Assembly (NCBI GenBank): GCA_963695225.1
Contig: OY968762.1
Location: 2,560,001-2,624,000, forward strand
DNA: 64,000 bases
Direction: 5' to 3'
DNA from: Vulcanimicrobiota bacterium
Lineage (GTDB): Bacteria > Vulcanimicrobiota > Vulcanimicrobiia > Vulcanimicrobiales > Vulcanimicrobiaceae
Notes under the pieces: generated by a model
Databases searched by the model: none
Told to the model about the DNA's origin: nothing
What the model saw: the letters and a program-made list of their open reading frames with translations, nothing else
Made by a program: the position numbers and the translations under genes
Part shown: in pieces, positions 47,234-56,501 of the stretch
Position numbering within the stretch: the stretch's first letter is position 1
How the letters are laid out: each line of letters begins with the position of its first letter

Positions 47234-49006
47234 TTGGCGTCGGCGACGCATGGACGCCTGCGGTTTGCCGGCCTGCTGGGAGCGGTGAGCGCGTTGCTGG
47301 CCCTGGTCCCCGCGGCGATCGTCTACTGGGTCGCGCTGAACACCGTCGGTCCGAACGCCCAGGGCATGTTGATCCGCCCGTTCGTCTTATGGGCGGTCCT
47401 CTCGGTCGAGATCCGTTTTGCGCTGCTGTTCTTCAGCCGCATCCTGGCGCGCGTTGCCGGTGTGGGGATCGGGTACGGCCTGCGCGTCCAGGTAGCCGAC
47501 ACGCTCGGGAAAGTGCCTCTGGGTTTCTTCAACGTACACCAGAGCGGTGCGCTCAAGCAGGCGGCGATCGAGGACGTCGACGGCGTGCAGACCTTCTTTG
47601 CGGACGATTTCATCGAAGTCGTTTCGGCCGTCGTGATCCCCGTGGCGATCGTGCTGGGCTTCTTCATCGTCGATTGGCGGCTCGCGCTCGCCTCGATCGT
47701 GACGTACCCGCTCACGGTGATGGTGCAGCGGCGCCTGGTGGAACGTTCCCGGACGCTCCGCGAGGAGTACGAGCGTTCTCGCGACCGGGTCAACGCCGCC
47801 ACGGCGGAGTTTACGCGCGCGATCGTGCTGCATAAGTCGTTCGGGCAGTCGCATGAATCGGTGCGCGTGCTGGAGTCCGCGATCGATGCGTACCGCGAGG
47901 CATACAGCGCGCAGGTGGAGGCGACGGCGCTCCCCGCGAGCTTGGTGCGCACGCTGACCGGAAGCAATCTCGTCGTCGTGATCCCGCTGTCGTTGCTGTT
48001 GAACGGTGCCGGGGTGGCGGGTCTGGCGACGCTCGTCTTCTTCGGGCTGTTCAACCTGCGCCTCTCCGGCGCGCTGTTGCGTTTGGCGAAGTTGACGGCG
48101 ACCGTCGTGACCGCCGGCGTGAGCGCTCGCCGCTTGGAGGAACTCTTGGATTCCACGGCGCTGGCGGAGAAGGGGACGCTCGAGACCCCCGCGGATGCGT
48201 CGATCGGCTTCCACGCGGTGACGTTCCGCTACACGCGCGAAGGCGGCGGCCGGGACGCCTTGCAGGACATCACGCTGGAGGTTCCGGCTGGGAAGGTGAC
48301 CGCGGTCGTGGGCCTGTCGGGCGCCGGGAAGACGACGCTGGCCCGTTTGGCGGCCCGCTTCTGGGACGTGGACCAAGGCTCGGTCGAAATCGGCGGCTCG
48401 GACGTCCGGAACTACCGCTTGGAGCGCCTGATGGACGGCATCTCGTTCGTCTTCCAGGAAGCGTACCTGCTGGACGACACGGTGGCGGAGAACATTCGGA
48501 TGGGCCGCCCGGAGGTGAGCGACGAGCGCGTGACGGCGGCTGCAAAAGCGGCTCGCGCGCACGAGTTCATCTCGGCAATGCCCGAAGGGTACGCCACGGT
48601 CGTCGGGCGCAACGGCATCCGCCTCTCCCAAGGGGAGCGCCAGCGTATCCAGATCGCGCGGGCGCTGCTCAAGGAAGCCCCGGTCCTGATCTTAGATGAA
48701 GCGACCGCCTCGACGGACCCCGAGAACGAAGCGATGATCCAGGATGCGCTGGTGGCGCTGGCACGCGAGAAGACGGTCCTGGTGATCGCGCACCGCCTCT
48801 CCACGGTGGTGGATGCCGACCAGATCGTCGTGCTCGACGCGGGGCGCATCGTCGCCAAAGGGACGCACGCCGAGCTGCTCGCATCGAGCGACCACTACCG
48901 CCGCCTCTGGCACGACTACACCACCTCGTTCGAATGGGCCATCGCGAGCCCCGAAGCGGCGCCTGCTCCGGCGGCCGGCTCGGCGGCGGAAGGAGCGGCG
49001 CGATGA
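47234..49006 (+). CDS. ABC transporter TMD+NBD half (IrtA/YbtP-like)
   Basis: GLSGAGKT, LSQGERQR, ILDEAT, IAHRL; RFWDV..G. Confidence 0.88.
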   Translation: MASATHGRLRFAGLLGAVSALLALVPAAIVYWVALNTVGPNAQGMLIRPFVLWAVLSVEIRFALLFFSRILARVAGVGIGYGLRVQVADTLGKVPLGFFNVHQSGALKQAAIEDVDGVQTFFADDFIEVVSAVVIPVAIVLGFFIVDWRLALASIVTYPLTVMVQRRLVERSRTLREEYERSRDRVNAATAEFTRAIVLHKSFGQSHESVRVLESAIDAYREAYSAQVEATALPASLVRTLTGSNLVVVIPLSLLLNGAGVAGLATLVFFGLFNLRLSGALLRLAKLTATVVTAGVSARRLEELLDSTALAEKGTLETPADASIGFHAVTFRYTREGGGRDALQDITLEVPAGKVTAVVGLSGAGKTTLARLAARFWDVDQGSVEIGGSDVRNYRLERLMDGISFVFQEAYLLDDTVAENIRMGRPEVSDERVTAAAKAARAHEFISAMPEGYATVVGRNGIRLSQGERQRIQIARALLKEAPVLILDEATASTDPENEAMIQDALVALAREKTVLVIAHRLSTVVDADQIVVLDAGRIVAKGTHAELLASSDHYRRLWHDYTTSFEWAIASPEAAPAPAAGSAAEGAAR

Positions 49007-50802
49007 CGGCGCAGACTCTCGACCGGGACGCTCGCGTCGCGCCCGGCCTGAACGGCCCACCCGGCGGGCGGCGAGGCGCGGCGGCTACCGAAATCATCGA
49101 CGGCAACGATCCGCAACTGCGCTCGGGCCTCGTGTTCACGGTGCTCGAGGCGCTCTGCGCGGCGCTCCCGATTCCGATCATCTATTACGCCTTGATCGCG
49201 GCGTTCCATCATAAGGCGTCGGCGGGGACGGCGGCGCTCGTGGCGCTCGGGCTGCTGGCCGTGCTCGCGGCGCAGGCGTACTTCGCCGAGCGCGCGACGC
49301 GGGAGACGCGCTTGGCGATCGTGCGCATGACGTGCCAGTTGCGAGCGCAGGTCGCGCGGCATCTTCGCACGCTGCCGCTGAACTTCTTCACGCAAGGCGA
49401 CCCTGACGAAGCCGTCGCCAAGACGACGCAGGATCTGACGCTCGTCGAGGACGCGCTCACGCAAGGGATCGACGATCTGGCCGGCGGCCTGGCGCAGGTC
49501 GGGTTCGTCGTGCTGTTCTTGTTCGCGCTGGATTGGCACTTGGCGCTGGCGGCCGTGGTCGTGCTGCCGCTCGCGCTGCCCGTGCTGTTCATGGCGCAGG
49601 GCGCCGCCTCGGTCTACGCCCCGCGCCTCCTCGAAACGCGGACGGAAGCGATGCTGCGCATCCTCGAGTACGTCGAGGCGATGCCGCTGCTGCGCGCCTT
49701 CAACCTCTCGGGGGAGCGGTTCGTGCGGCTGACGCGAGCGCTCCAATTGCTCAAGCAACGCTCGTTCTCGACGGTGGTCGCGCCGACGCCCACGGCGTTC
49801 ATCGCGTGGTTCTTCTTTGAACTGAGTTTCCCGACCGTCTTGCTGACGGGGGCGTTCCTGGCCGCGACCGGGACGATCACCGTGACGGTGGAGCTCGTCT
49901 TCCTTGTCGTCAGCATCCGCCTCTACCAGCCGTTGCTCGAGGCCACGGACGCTTACCTCCGTCTCAAGTCCGTTCGCCCGGCGCTGGAGCGGATCGGCGC
50001 GATCCTCTCGACGCCGACGCTGCCGGAACCGGCGAGCGGCGCATTCCCCGAGCACTTCGAGATCGCGTTCAAGGACGTGAACTTCGCGCACGGGGAGAAC
50101 GCGGTGCTCAAGGGCGTGACCTGCATGATTCCGGAGCGGAGCGTGACCGCGATCGTGGGACCCTCCGGTGCCGGGAAGACGACGATGGCCGGGCTTATCG
50201 CGCGCTTCTGGGACCCGAACTCCGGGAGCGTCGAGATCGGCGGGGTCGACGTGCGCGCGATGCGGGCCTCGGACGTGCAGCGCTGCGCGGCGATCGTGTT
50301 CCAGGACGCGTACCTGTTCCGAGACAGCGTCCGTAACAACATCCTGGTGGGGAAGCCCGATGCGAGCGCGGCCGAAGTGGAAGCGGCGGCCCGGGCGGCG
50401 CGCTGCCACGAGTTCATCGTGGGGTTGCCGGCCGGGTACGAGACGGTGATCGGCGAGGGCGGGGCCACGCTCTCGGTCGGCGAGCGGCAGCGCATCGCCA
50501 TCGCCCGCGCGATCCTCAAGGATGCGCCGATCGTGATCCTGGACGAGGCCACGGCCAGCGTCGACCCGATCACGGAGGCGGAGATCCACCGCGCCGTGGA
50601 GTCTCTGGTGACGCGTAAGACGGTGATCGTGGTGACGCACCGGCTCTCCACGATCCGCAACGTCCACCGGATCCTGGTGCTCGAGAAGGGGCGGCTGGCG
50701 GAGAGCGGGACTCACGACGAGCTGATCGCCCGGGACGGCGTCTACGCCCGCCTCTGGCGGGAGCGCGAGCGCGCCCGTCACTGGCGCCTCACCCCGGCCT
50801 AG
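49003..50802 (+). CDS. ABC transporter TMD+NBD half (IrtB/YbtQ-like)
   Basis: GPSGAGKT, LSVGERQR, ILDEATASVDP, C-terminal W; ATGA overlap. Confidence 0.88.
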   Translation: MTAQTLDRDARVAPGLNGPPGGRRGAAATEIIDGNDPQLRSGLVFTVLEALCAALPIPIIYYALIAAFHHKASAGTAALVALGLLAVLAAQAYFAERATRETRLAIVRMTCQLRAQVARHLRTLPLNFFTQGDPDEAVAKTTQDLTLVEDALTQGIDDLAGGLAQVGFVVLFLFALDWHLALAAVVVLPLALPVLFMAQGAASVYAPRLLETRTEAMLRILEYVEAMPLLRAFNLSGERFVRLTRALQLLKQRSFSTVVAPTPTAFIAWFFFELSFPTVLLTGAFLAATGTITVTVELVFLVVSIRLYQPLLEATDAYLRLKSVRPALERIGAILSTPTLPEPASGAFPEHFEIAFKDVNFAHGENAVLKGVTCMIPERSVTAIVGPSGAGKTTMAGLIARFWDPNSGSVEIGGVDVRAMRASDVQRCAAIVFQDAYLFRDSVRNNILVGKPDASAAEVEAAARAARCHEFIVGLPAGYETVIGEGGATLSVGERQRIAIARAILKDAPIVILDEATASVDPITEAEIHRAVESLVTRKTVIVVTHRLSTIRNVHRILVLEKGRLAESGTHDELIARDGVYARLWRERERARHWRLTPA

Positions 50803-50995
50803 CCTCCCCTAATTCGGCTCTTTTGCCCGGCGTGACCGCCATCACCCATGGGAAGGGCGGTCTTCGCGCATGCTCTTAGCATCCAGCATGAGGGGCAGCC
50901 GATGGTGAAACGGGAGCGGATCCGCGGGTCCGGGAGCGGGGTGGATGGCGTTACGCCCGGCCCGCCGGCCCCAGGAAAGGCGCCCTGCGTCCTTG

Positions 50996-51037
50996 GTAAC
51001 ACGCGCTACAACGCGGCCGGGACCCGGATGCTACACT
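50996..51037 (+). promoter_or_regulatory. NtcA-type class II promoter of puf operon (copy B)
   Basis: GTAacacgcgcTAC, 22 nt, TGc-TACACT. Confidence 0.75.
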
Positions 51038-51088
51038 CGCTTGGAGCCGCACTGCGGCCAGCCAGCTTGAAAACGGGGGAATAATTCC

Positions 51089-51271
51089 GTGGCAGCTTTG
51101 GAAGATCAGATCGTCTACGAGGAACGCAACGACCTCGTCCCCGAGGTATATCGGGATTTGTTTAACAACGCGGATTGGATCGTGCACCGCTTCACCGTCT
51201 ATGGCGTGTGGGTTTACGTCGCAACGTTCCTCGCGTGCCACACCAGCCTGTGGTGGGGACGTCCCTGGTAG
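51089..51271 (+). CDS. pufB: Light-harvesting beta subunit (copy B)
   Basis: Identical protein to 22550-22732. Confidence 0.9.
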   Translation: MAALEDQIVYEERNDLVPEVYRDLFNNADWIVHRFTVYGVWVYVATFLACHTSLWWGRPW

Positions 51272-51362
51272 TCTTTTCGACCCGTTGGTTTTGCGCTTGA
51301 TCGCGGCGCCGCCGGCTAGTAGCTAGAGCGCCGGTCTCTTAGTTTTAGAGAGGAAAAGCTTC

Positions 51363-51581
51363 ATGGCCCAGTATGTACGTCGTCCGTACAATCCGTACAA
51401 TCTCCGCGCCACCATCGGCGCCTCGCTCGTCGGCGCGACGTTCGTCGCGTTCGTGATTCACTTCGTTTGCCTGGCATCGCCGCGTCTGAACGTCTGGCAG
51501 CCGGTCAATGCAGACGGTTCTGCTCCGACGCAGGCCGAGCTGCAGCCCGCACCCGTCGCTCCCGCACCCGGCGCGAAGTAG
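51363..51581 (+). CDS. pufA: Light-harvesting alpha subunit (copy B)
   Basis: Identical protein to 22824-23042. Confidence 0.88.
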   Translation: MAQYVRRPYNPYNLRATIGASLVGATFVAFVIHFVCLASPRLNVWQPVNADGSAPTQAELQPAPVAPAPGAK

Positions 51582-51688
51582 TCTTTACTCGTCGTCCGGA
51601 GGACGCCAGCGCGCGGGTCGAGTCGTAACGCCAACGCTCGCCCTCGGTCGATTGCGCCCGAGGGCGGTGCCTAATAGGGATTGGCAAC

Positions 51689-52564
51689 ATGGCAACAGAT
51701 TTTGAATCCATCGAAACCTACTATCGCAAGCCTGGGAAGACGATCCTGGATCGTACGATCTTCGGCGGCGATTTGTTCGACACGTGGGTCGGACGGTTCT
51801 ACGTCGGGGTATGGGGCTGGATCTCGCTTGCGGGAGTCTTTGCCGCGTTAGCCGCCGTGTTTCTGTCTGCTCACGGATCGGGCGATTTCCGTTCGTGGCA
51901 GTCCGGGGACTACGACCTGCTCAGAGGAGCGGTCAATTCTCCGCCGCGCCAATACGGGCTCGGCGTAGCGCCGTTTTACGAAGGTGGAGCGTGGCAGCTC
52001 ACGGTCATCTTCGCGACGGTCGCGTTCGTCGGGTGGGCGTTACGCGAAGTGGACATTTGCCGGAAGCTCGAGATGGGCTACCACATTCCGGTGATGTTTG
52101 CGACGGCCATCTCAGCGTGGCTCTCGGTTCAGCTCGTGCGGCCGCTCTTGATGGGCTGCTGGTGCGAGGGCATGGATCTCGGGTTCACGGCTCACTTAAC
52201 GTGGACGTCCAACTACGGGTGGCGGTTCTTCAACTGGTACATGAACCCGTGGCATGACTTAGCGCTCGCCGGGTTCTTCTTAGGCGCGATGTTCCTCTCG
52301 ATGCACGGCAGTGCGATCTTGGGGACGTTCAACACCGACAAGAATCCGAAAGTCGAAATGTTGCGTGAAGACAATTTCTGGCGCGACTACGTCGGCTACT
52401 CGATCGGCGAGTACGGCATCCACCGGTTGCTGTACTACTGGGGCCTGTTCACGCTGATCAATTGCGACTTGATGGACATCACGGCCGGCCCGTTGGTGAA
52501 GGATTACATCGCGATCTGGCAGTGGCATCTCCCGTGGATTCACAACGTACCGTGGATGCAGTAG
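51689..52564 (+). CDS. pufL: Reaction centre L subunit (copy B)
   Basis: Identical protein to copy A; synonymous SNPs. Confidence 0.97.
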   Translation: MATDFESIETYYRKPGKTILDRTIFGGDLFDTWVGRFYVGVWGWISLAGVFAALAAVFLSAHGSGDFRSWQSGDYDLLRGAVNSPPRQYGLGVAPFYEGGAWQLTVIFATVAFVGWALREVDICRKLEMGYHIPVMFATAISAWLSVQLVRPLLMGCWCEGMDLGFTAHLTWTSNYGWRFFNWYMNPWHDLALAGFFLGAMFLSMHGSAILGTFNTDKNPKVEMLREDNFWRDYVGYSIGEYGIHRLLYYWGLFTLINCDLMDITAGPLVKDYIAIWQWHLPWIHNVPWMQ

Positions 52565-52581
52565 GCGGGAAGGAATAGCAG

Positions 52582-53619
52582 ATGGCAACATACATCGACC
52601 CCTATGGCATCGCGGTAGGTCCTCGCGACCCGCTGCCTCCCAAGCCGATCGAATACGCGGAGCCCAGCCCCTACGATCATCACGATCCGTTGGGCATCCG
52701 GATCGGCAAAGCGTTCCGCATTCCGTTCCTAGCGGACACGCTGTTGGTGGATTCCCAGTTTGGGACGGTATGGCTCGGGACGTGGGGCGTCTTCTCGGTC
52801 GCGTTCTTCTTCGCCGGGCTGACGATGTGGGCGGGCGCGTGCCTCGCGCAGGTTCACGGTCATCTCTCGCTGTTCTTCCAGTACTTTGCCAACGTGCAGA
52901 TCCTGCCGCCCGATCAGGGCCTAGGGTATGCTCCGACGCTCGAGAGCGGCGGCTGGTGGCAGTGGTGCGTGGGCCTGTTCGCGCTATCGGTGCTGTGCTG
53001 GCTGGGTCGTTGCTGGGAGCACTGCAAGCGTCATAACTGGCGTCCGTGGCTGTTCTTCGGATTCCTGATTCCGATCATGTGGATGGGGGCGGTGTACTTC
53101 TTCCATCCGGCGATGATGGGGACGTGGGCCGAGGCACCGCAGCTGGGCTGGTACGGCGACTTGGACTGGGCGAACAATTTCAGCATCCGTTGGGGCAACT
53201 TCTACTACAACCCGTTCCACCAGTGGGCGATCGCGAGCTTGTTCGGCAGTTCTCTGCTGATCGGCGCGCACGCCGGGACGATCTTGGCGACGGCGGCCGA
53301 AGGCAGCCATCACGAAGTGGCCGAGATCAAAGAACTGCACTCGGGTTCGTACAAGGCGATGTTGTTCTGGAAGTGGACGATGGGCTTCAATGCGACGCCG
53401 AAGTCGATCCACGTCTGGCTGTGGGCGTTCCCGGCCGCTCTTGGGACCGCGTGTTTCTGCGGGATCATGGCGTGCGGCGTGTTCACGGACAACTGGTATG
53501 TCTGGGGTGTCGACCACGGGACGGTCAAGGAATACGGTCCGATCTCTCGTGACCAGGTTCTTCGCCGGCCGTTGGCGGTGCCGATCGAAGTCGATCAACC
53601 CGGGCTTGCGCGCCCGTAA
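52582..53619 (+). CDS. pufM: Reaction centre M subunit (copy B)
   Basis: Identical protein to copy A. Confidence 0.97.
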   Translation: MATYIDPYGIAVGPRDPLPPKPIEYAEPSPYDHHDPLGIRIGKAFRIPFLADTLLVDSQFGTVWLGTWGVFSVAFFFAGLTMWAGACLAQVHGHLSLFFQYFANVQILPPDQGLGYAPTLESGGWWQWCVGLFALSVLCWLGRCWEHCKRHNWRPWLFFGFLIPIMWMGAVYFFHPAMMGTWAEAPQLGWYGDLDWANNFSIRWGNFYYNPFHQWAIASLFGSSLLIGAHAGTILATAAEGSHHEVAEIKELHSGSYKAMLFWKWTMGFNATPKSIHVWLWAFPAALGTACFCGIMACGVFTDNWYVWGVDHGTVKEYGPISRDQVLRRPLAVPIEVDQPGLARP

Positions 53620-53662
53620 GGACCTGTCGTACTAGGCAGTACTAGCAGTACTAGAGGGTATC

Positions 53663-54784
53663 ATGAGCTTTCGGCGCCTATTGGCTCCATTCATCATCAT
53701 CGCAGCGCTCGTGTTCGCCGGGCTGTTCCAACCGTTACTCGAACGAGCGCGTGCGGAGACCGGGCCGGGACCGAACACGACGCGGCCCTACGAAGGGTTT
53801 GCCGACCGTCAGGCGACGGCGTTCCAACAGCGTCCGACGGCGGTGGTCGGTCAAGGTTCTCGGACCTTCGTTCCCAATCAGCAGTACACGACGTCGGTGA
53901 CGCCGTTCTTGGGCACCCCGTACGGTGGGCCGATTCCTCCGGACCAGGCCAAGGGGGTCGGGCCGGTGGATCAATCGGCGCCGATGGACTACGCGACGCA
54001 GCCGAAGTCGGTCCCGCATGCGTACGTTGGTGGAAAGCTCTTCAACGTCCAGGTCCTCAAGAAGTATGACTACGCTGGTGTGCTCAACCAGATGAATTAC
54101 TTCGCGCAATCTCTGGGCGTGCAGTGCCAGTACTGCCACAATCTGACGAACTACGCGTACGACACCCCGACGAAGAAGCTGGCTCGCAACATGATTGCGG
54201 GGACGATCGCGATCAACTCGACGTGGGTGACTCCGGACAAGAACGCGGTTCCGACGCAGGCGGTGTCGGGCGCGGTCGGATGCGCGACGTGCCATCGCGG
54301 TTCTGCGCGGTTGGACGTTCACTACAACATCGTTCCGGTGCAGTACGTTCAGTATCGTTACAAGACGACCAAGCAACTCGGTTACGTATACAACGCGATG
54401 TACGGCGTGGCGCGGTCGTTGGGCGTGAACTGCCTGTTCTGCCACAACACCGCCGACTTCGTCACCCTGCGGTACTACCCGACGAACAAGCTGGCGTTGC
54501 GGATGTTCTACATGGTGGACGACATCAACCACAAGTACTTCCCGCCGTCGGTCAAAGCGGTGACGTGCTACACGTGCCACCAGGGCGCGAAGTGGCCGGC
54601 AGCGCTGGTGAAGGCCGGCGACGACCAGACCCCGATCGAAAGCGTGGCCGCGCACCCGACCGCTCACTACAATCCCGGCGATCCGGTGGACATGAACGGC
54701 AACGTGAAGCAGCATCAGCCGATCAACGGCTGGAACACCCTCTACCCCGACCGGTTCTGGGGCTCGATGGGAGTCCCCGAGTAA
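53663..54784 (+). CDS. pufC: Reaction-centre tetraheme cytochrome c (copy B)
   Basis: Identical protein to copy A. Confidence 0.93.
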   Translation: MSFRRLLAPFIIIAALVFAGLFQPLLERARAETGPGPNTTRPYEGFADRQATAFQQRPTAVVGQGSRTFVPNQQYTTSVTPFLGTPYGGPIPPDQAKGVGPVDQSAPMDYATQPKSVPHAYVGGKLFNVQVLKKYDYAGVLNQMNYFAQSLGVQCQYCHNLTNYAYDTPTKKLARNMIAGTIAINSTWVTPDKNAVPTQAVSGAVGCATCHRGSARLDVHYNIVPVQYVQYRYKTTKQLGYVYNAMYGVARSLGVNCLFCHNTADFVTLRYYPTNKLALRMFYMVDDINHKYFPPSVKAVTCYTCHQGAKWPAALVKAGDDQTPIESVAAHPTAHYNPGDPVDMNGNVKQHQPINGWNTLYPDRFWGSMGVPE

Positions 54785-54863
54785 ATCGCGACTCCGCACA
54801 TCAACGCAAAGCAGAGGACCGGATCCGCAAGGGTCCGGTCCTTCTCGTTCAAAGAGAAGCATC

Positions 54864-54989
54864 GTGCCGCGCAATCAGCTCTACATCTACATCGCCATCA
54901 CCATCGTCGCCGTCATCCTGGGCCTCTTCAGCGGCGCCATCAGCGTCTGGCTCCGAGAACTCATCGAACACGGCCACGGCCACTTCTAG
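54864..54989 (+). CDS. 41-aa single-TM peptide after pufC (copy B)
   Basis: Same ORF as 26325-26450, ending in TAG instead of TAA. Confidence 0.75.
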   Translation: MPRNQLYIYIAITIVAVILGLFSGAISVWLRELIEHGHGHF

Positions 54990-55034
54990 GTCCGGCTCCC
55001 AGTCCGGCGAAGGGTGAGCCTGCGCTTGTGGCCC

Positions 55035-55185
55035 GCGTCCGGGTCGGGGCGGGGTTCCTCCGCGGGGACGCCCGCGATTTCGCATCCATGCGAAATCGCT
55101 ACTCGTGCACTTTCCGGCTCTCGCCATCGTGGCTCCGCCGGAAAGCTGCACGCCCCGCGGAGAAACCCCGCCCCGACCCGGACGC
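55035..55185. repeat. Family A MITE/REP-like element (intact, 151 nt)
   Basis: Terminal inverted repeats plus central hairpin, as at 3608 and 27647. Confidence 0.8.
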
Positions 55186-55305
55186 TACCTTGGGGGGCTA
55201 CTGCATTCTTACCTCAGTGATCCATGGCCTCGAGTGCCGCTCTGAGCCCGTCGGAGCGGGAGCGGCCGCGGTCTGTTTCGCCTCCGTGCTCATGCCGTGA
55301 GGTAG

Positions 55306-55457
55306 CGGTTGGGGCGGGGGATGGTGGCTCCGCGGGGCGTGCAGCTTGCCCGCGGAGCCACGGATGGCGGGAGCGGGCAAGTGCACGAGTAGCGAATTCG
55401 CATGGATGCGAATTCGCGGGCGTCCCCGCGGAGCCACCGTCCCCCGCCCCGGCCGCG
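55306..55457. repeat. Family A element (reverse orientation)
   Basis: gtgcagcttgcccgcggagccacgg...gcgaattcgcatggatgcgaattcgc. Confidence 0.75.
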
Positions 55458-55525
55458 GGCAACACCGCGCACGAGCCGGCGGCCCCGCGGCCTAGCCCCC
55501 AGGTGCGCGGAGAAGGCCGGGCGAT

Positions 55526-55567
55526 GAAGCCGAGGCTACAACGGGCGGGGCGCACTTTCGGTACACT
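55526..55567 (+). promoter_or_regulatory. NtcA-type (variant) class II promoter for 144-aa gene (copy B)
   Basis: tGAAgccgaggcTACa, 22 nt, TACACT. Confidence 0.65.
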
Positions 55568-55700
55568 TTGCATGGAGTATTGTCTCACGGCCCCGCCTCC
55601 ACGGGGTCCCGGCCGGGCGTTGCGAAGGCAATGTGCCGGGCGGGCTAGCCGTGAGCCGAGGCGCGTTTCCGACCGCTCGCCGGCTGCTTAAGGAGAAACC

Positions 55701-56135
55701 ATGGCTGTTTTCGCAGAGCTCACGATCCCGATCTTAGCAGTCCCCGAGCCCGAGGCTCGGTGGTTCGCTATTGCCAAGAAGATCGCCGAAGATACGGCCG
55801 GCTCGACCGCCGTTGAGCTCGAGAATTCCATCTTGAAGTTCAAGATCGTGTTCCCCGGGAACCTGACGTCGCTGGTTGCGAAGCTCGCGGATCGCAACAT
55901 CCAGGTCGGGAACGTCAAGGTCGTCCTCTCGGATTTCACGTTCGTCGGTGAAGACGTCGACGCGGGTCAGGTCGTCAAGGAGCTCAACGAATATCCGGGG
56001 ATCGCGAACGTGAGCTTCGACGGCAAGCGCCTCGAAGCGACGATCGCCCCGACGACGGGCAAGCTGCACGCGATCTACCGCCTCTTGATCGAGAACGGCA
56101 TCATCATCAAGACGCCCGTCGCCGCAGGCGCGTAA
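55701..56135 (+). CDS. Hypothetical soluble protein (copy B)
   Basis: Identical to 27064-27495 plus one C-terminal residue. Confidence 0.85.
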   Translation: MAVFAELTIPILAVPEPEARWFAIAKKIAEDTAGSTAVELENSILKFKIVFPGNLTSLVAKLADRNIQVGNVKVVLSDFTFVGEDVDAGQVVKELNEYPGIANVSFDGKRLEATIAPTTGKLHAIYRLLIENGIIIKTPVAAGA

Positions 56136-56354
56136 AGGGGCCTCGCAGACGATCGGCGATCGCGGACCGGCCGCGCGGGGGGGCGCGGCCGGCTGCGCGA
56201 AAACCGTTTCGACCGTCGAAGCGAGTGCCGTTACACTCGGTTCGAACGTCTGATAAGGCGTCGACGTCTGCAAGACCAGCGCCTTCGGCAGGCGCAAGGG
56301 CTACATACATTCCCCGTGTCACTCGTTACAATGCCGCTGGAAGATGTAGCCTCT

Positions 56355-56396
56355 GTGCCGACTATCACGGTTGCACTTCGGTTGGGCGAGTAGCCT
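56355..56396 (+). promoter_or_regulatory. CRP-type site + class II promoter for carotenoid operon
   Basis: tGTGccgactatCAC, 22 nt, TAGCCT; nearly the same block as upstream of bchY. Confidence 0.7.
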
Positions 56397-56501
56397 AGCG
56401 AAGACGGCAAGGATCGAGAGGAGAACGATGAGCGCCCTAGCTACTTCGACGAACCCGCTGAGTCTGGGGAGCAAAGCTATCGTATCTCCGGGGGCTATGA
56501 A

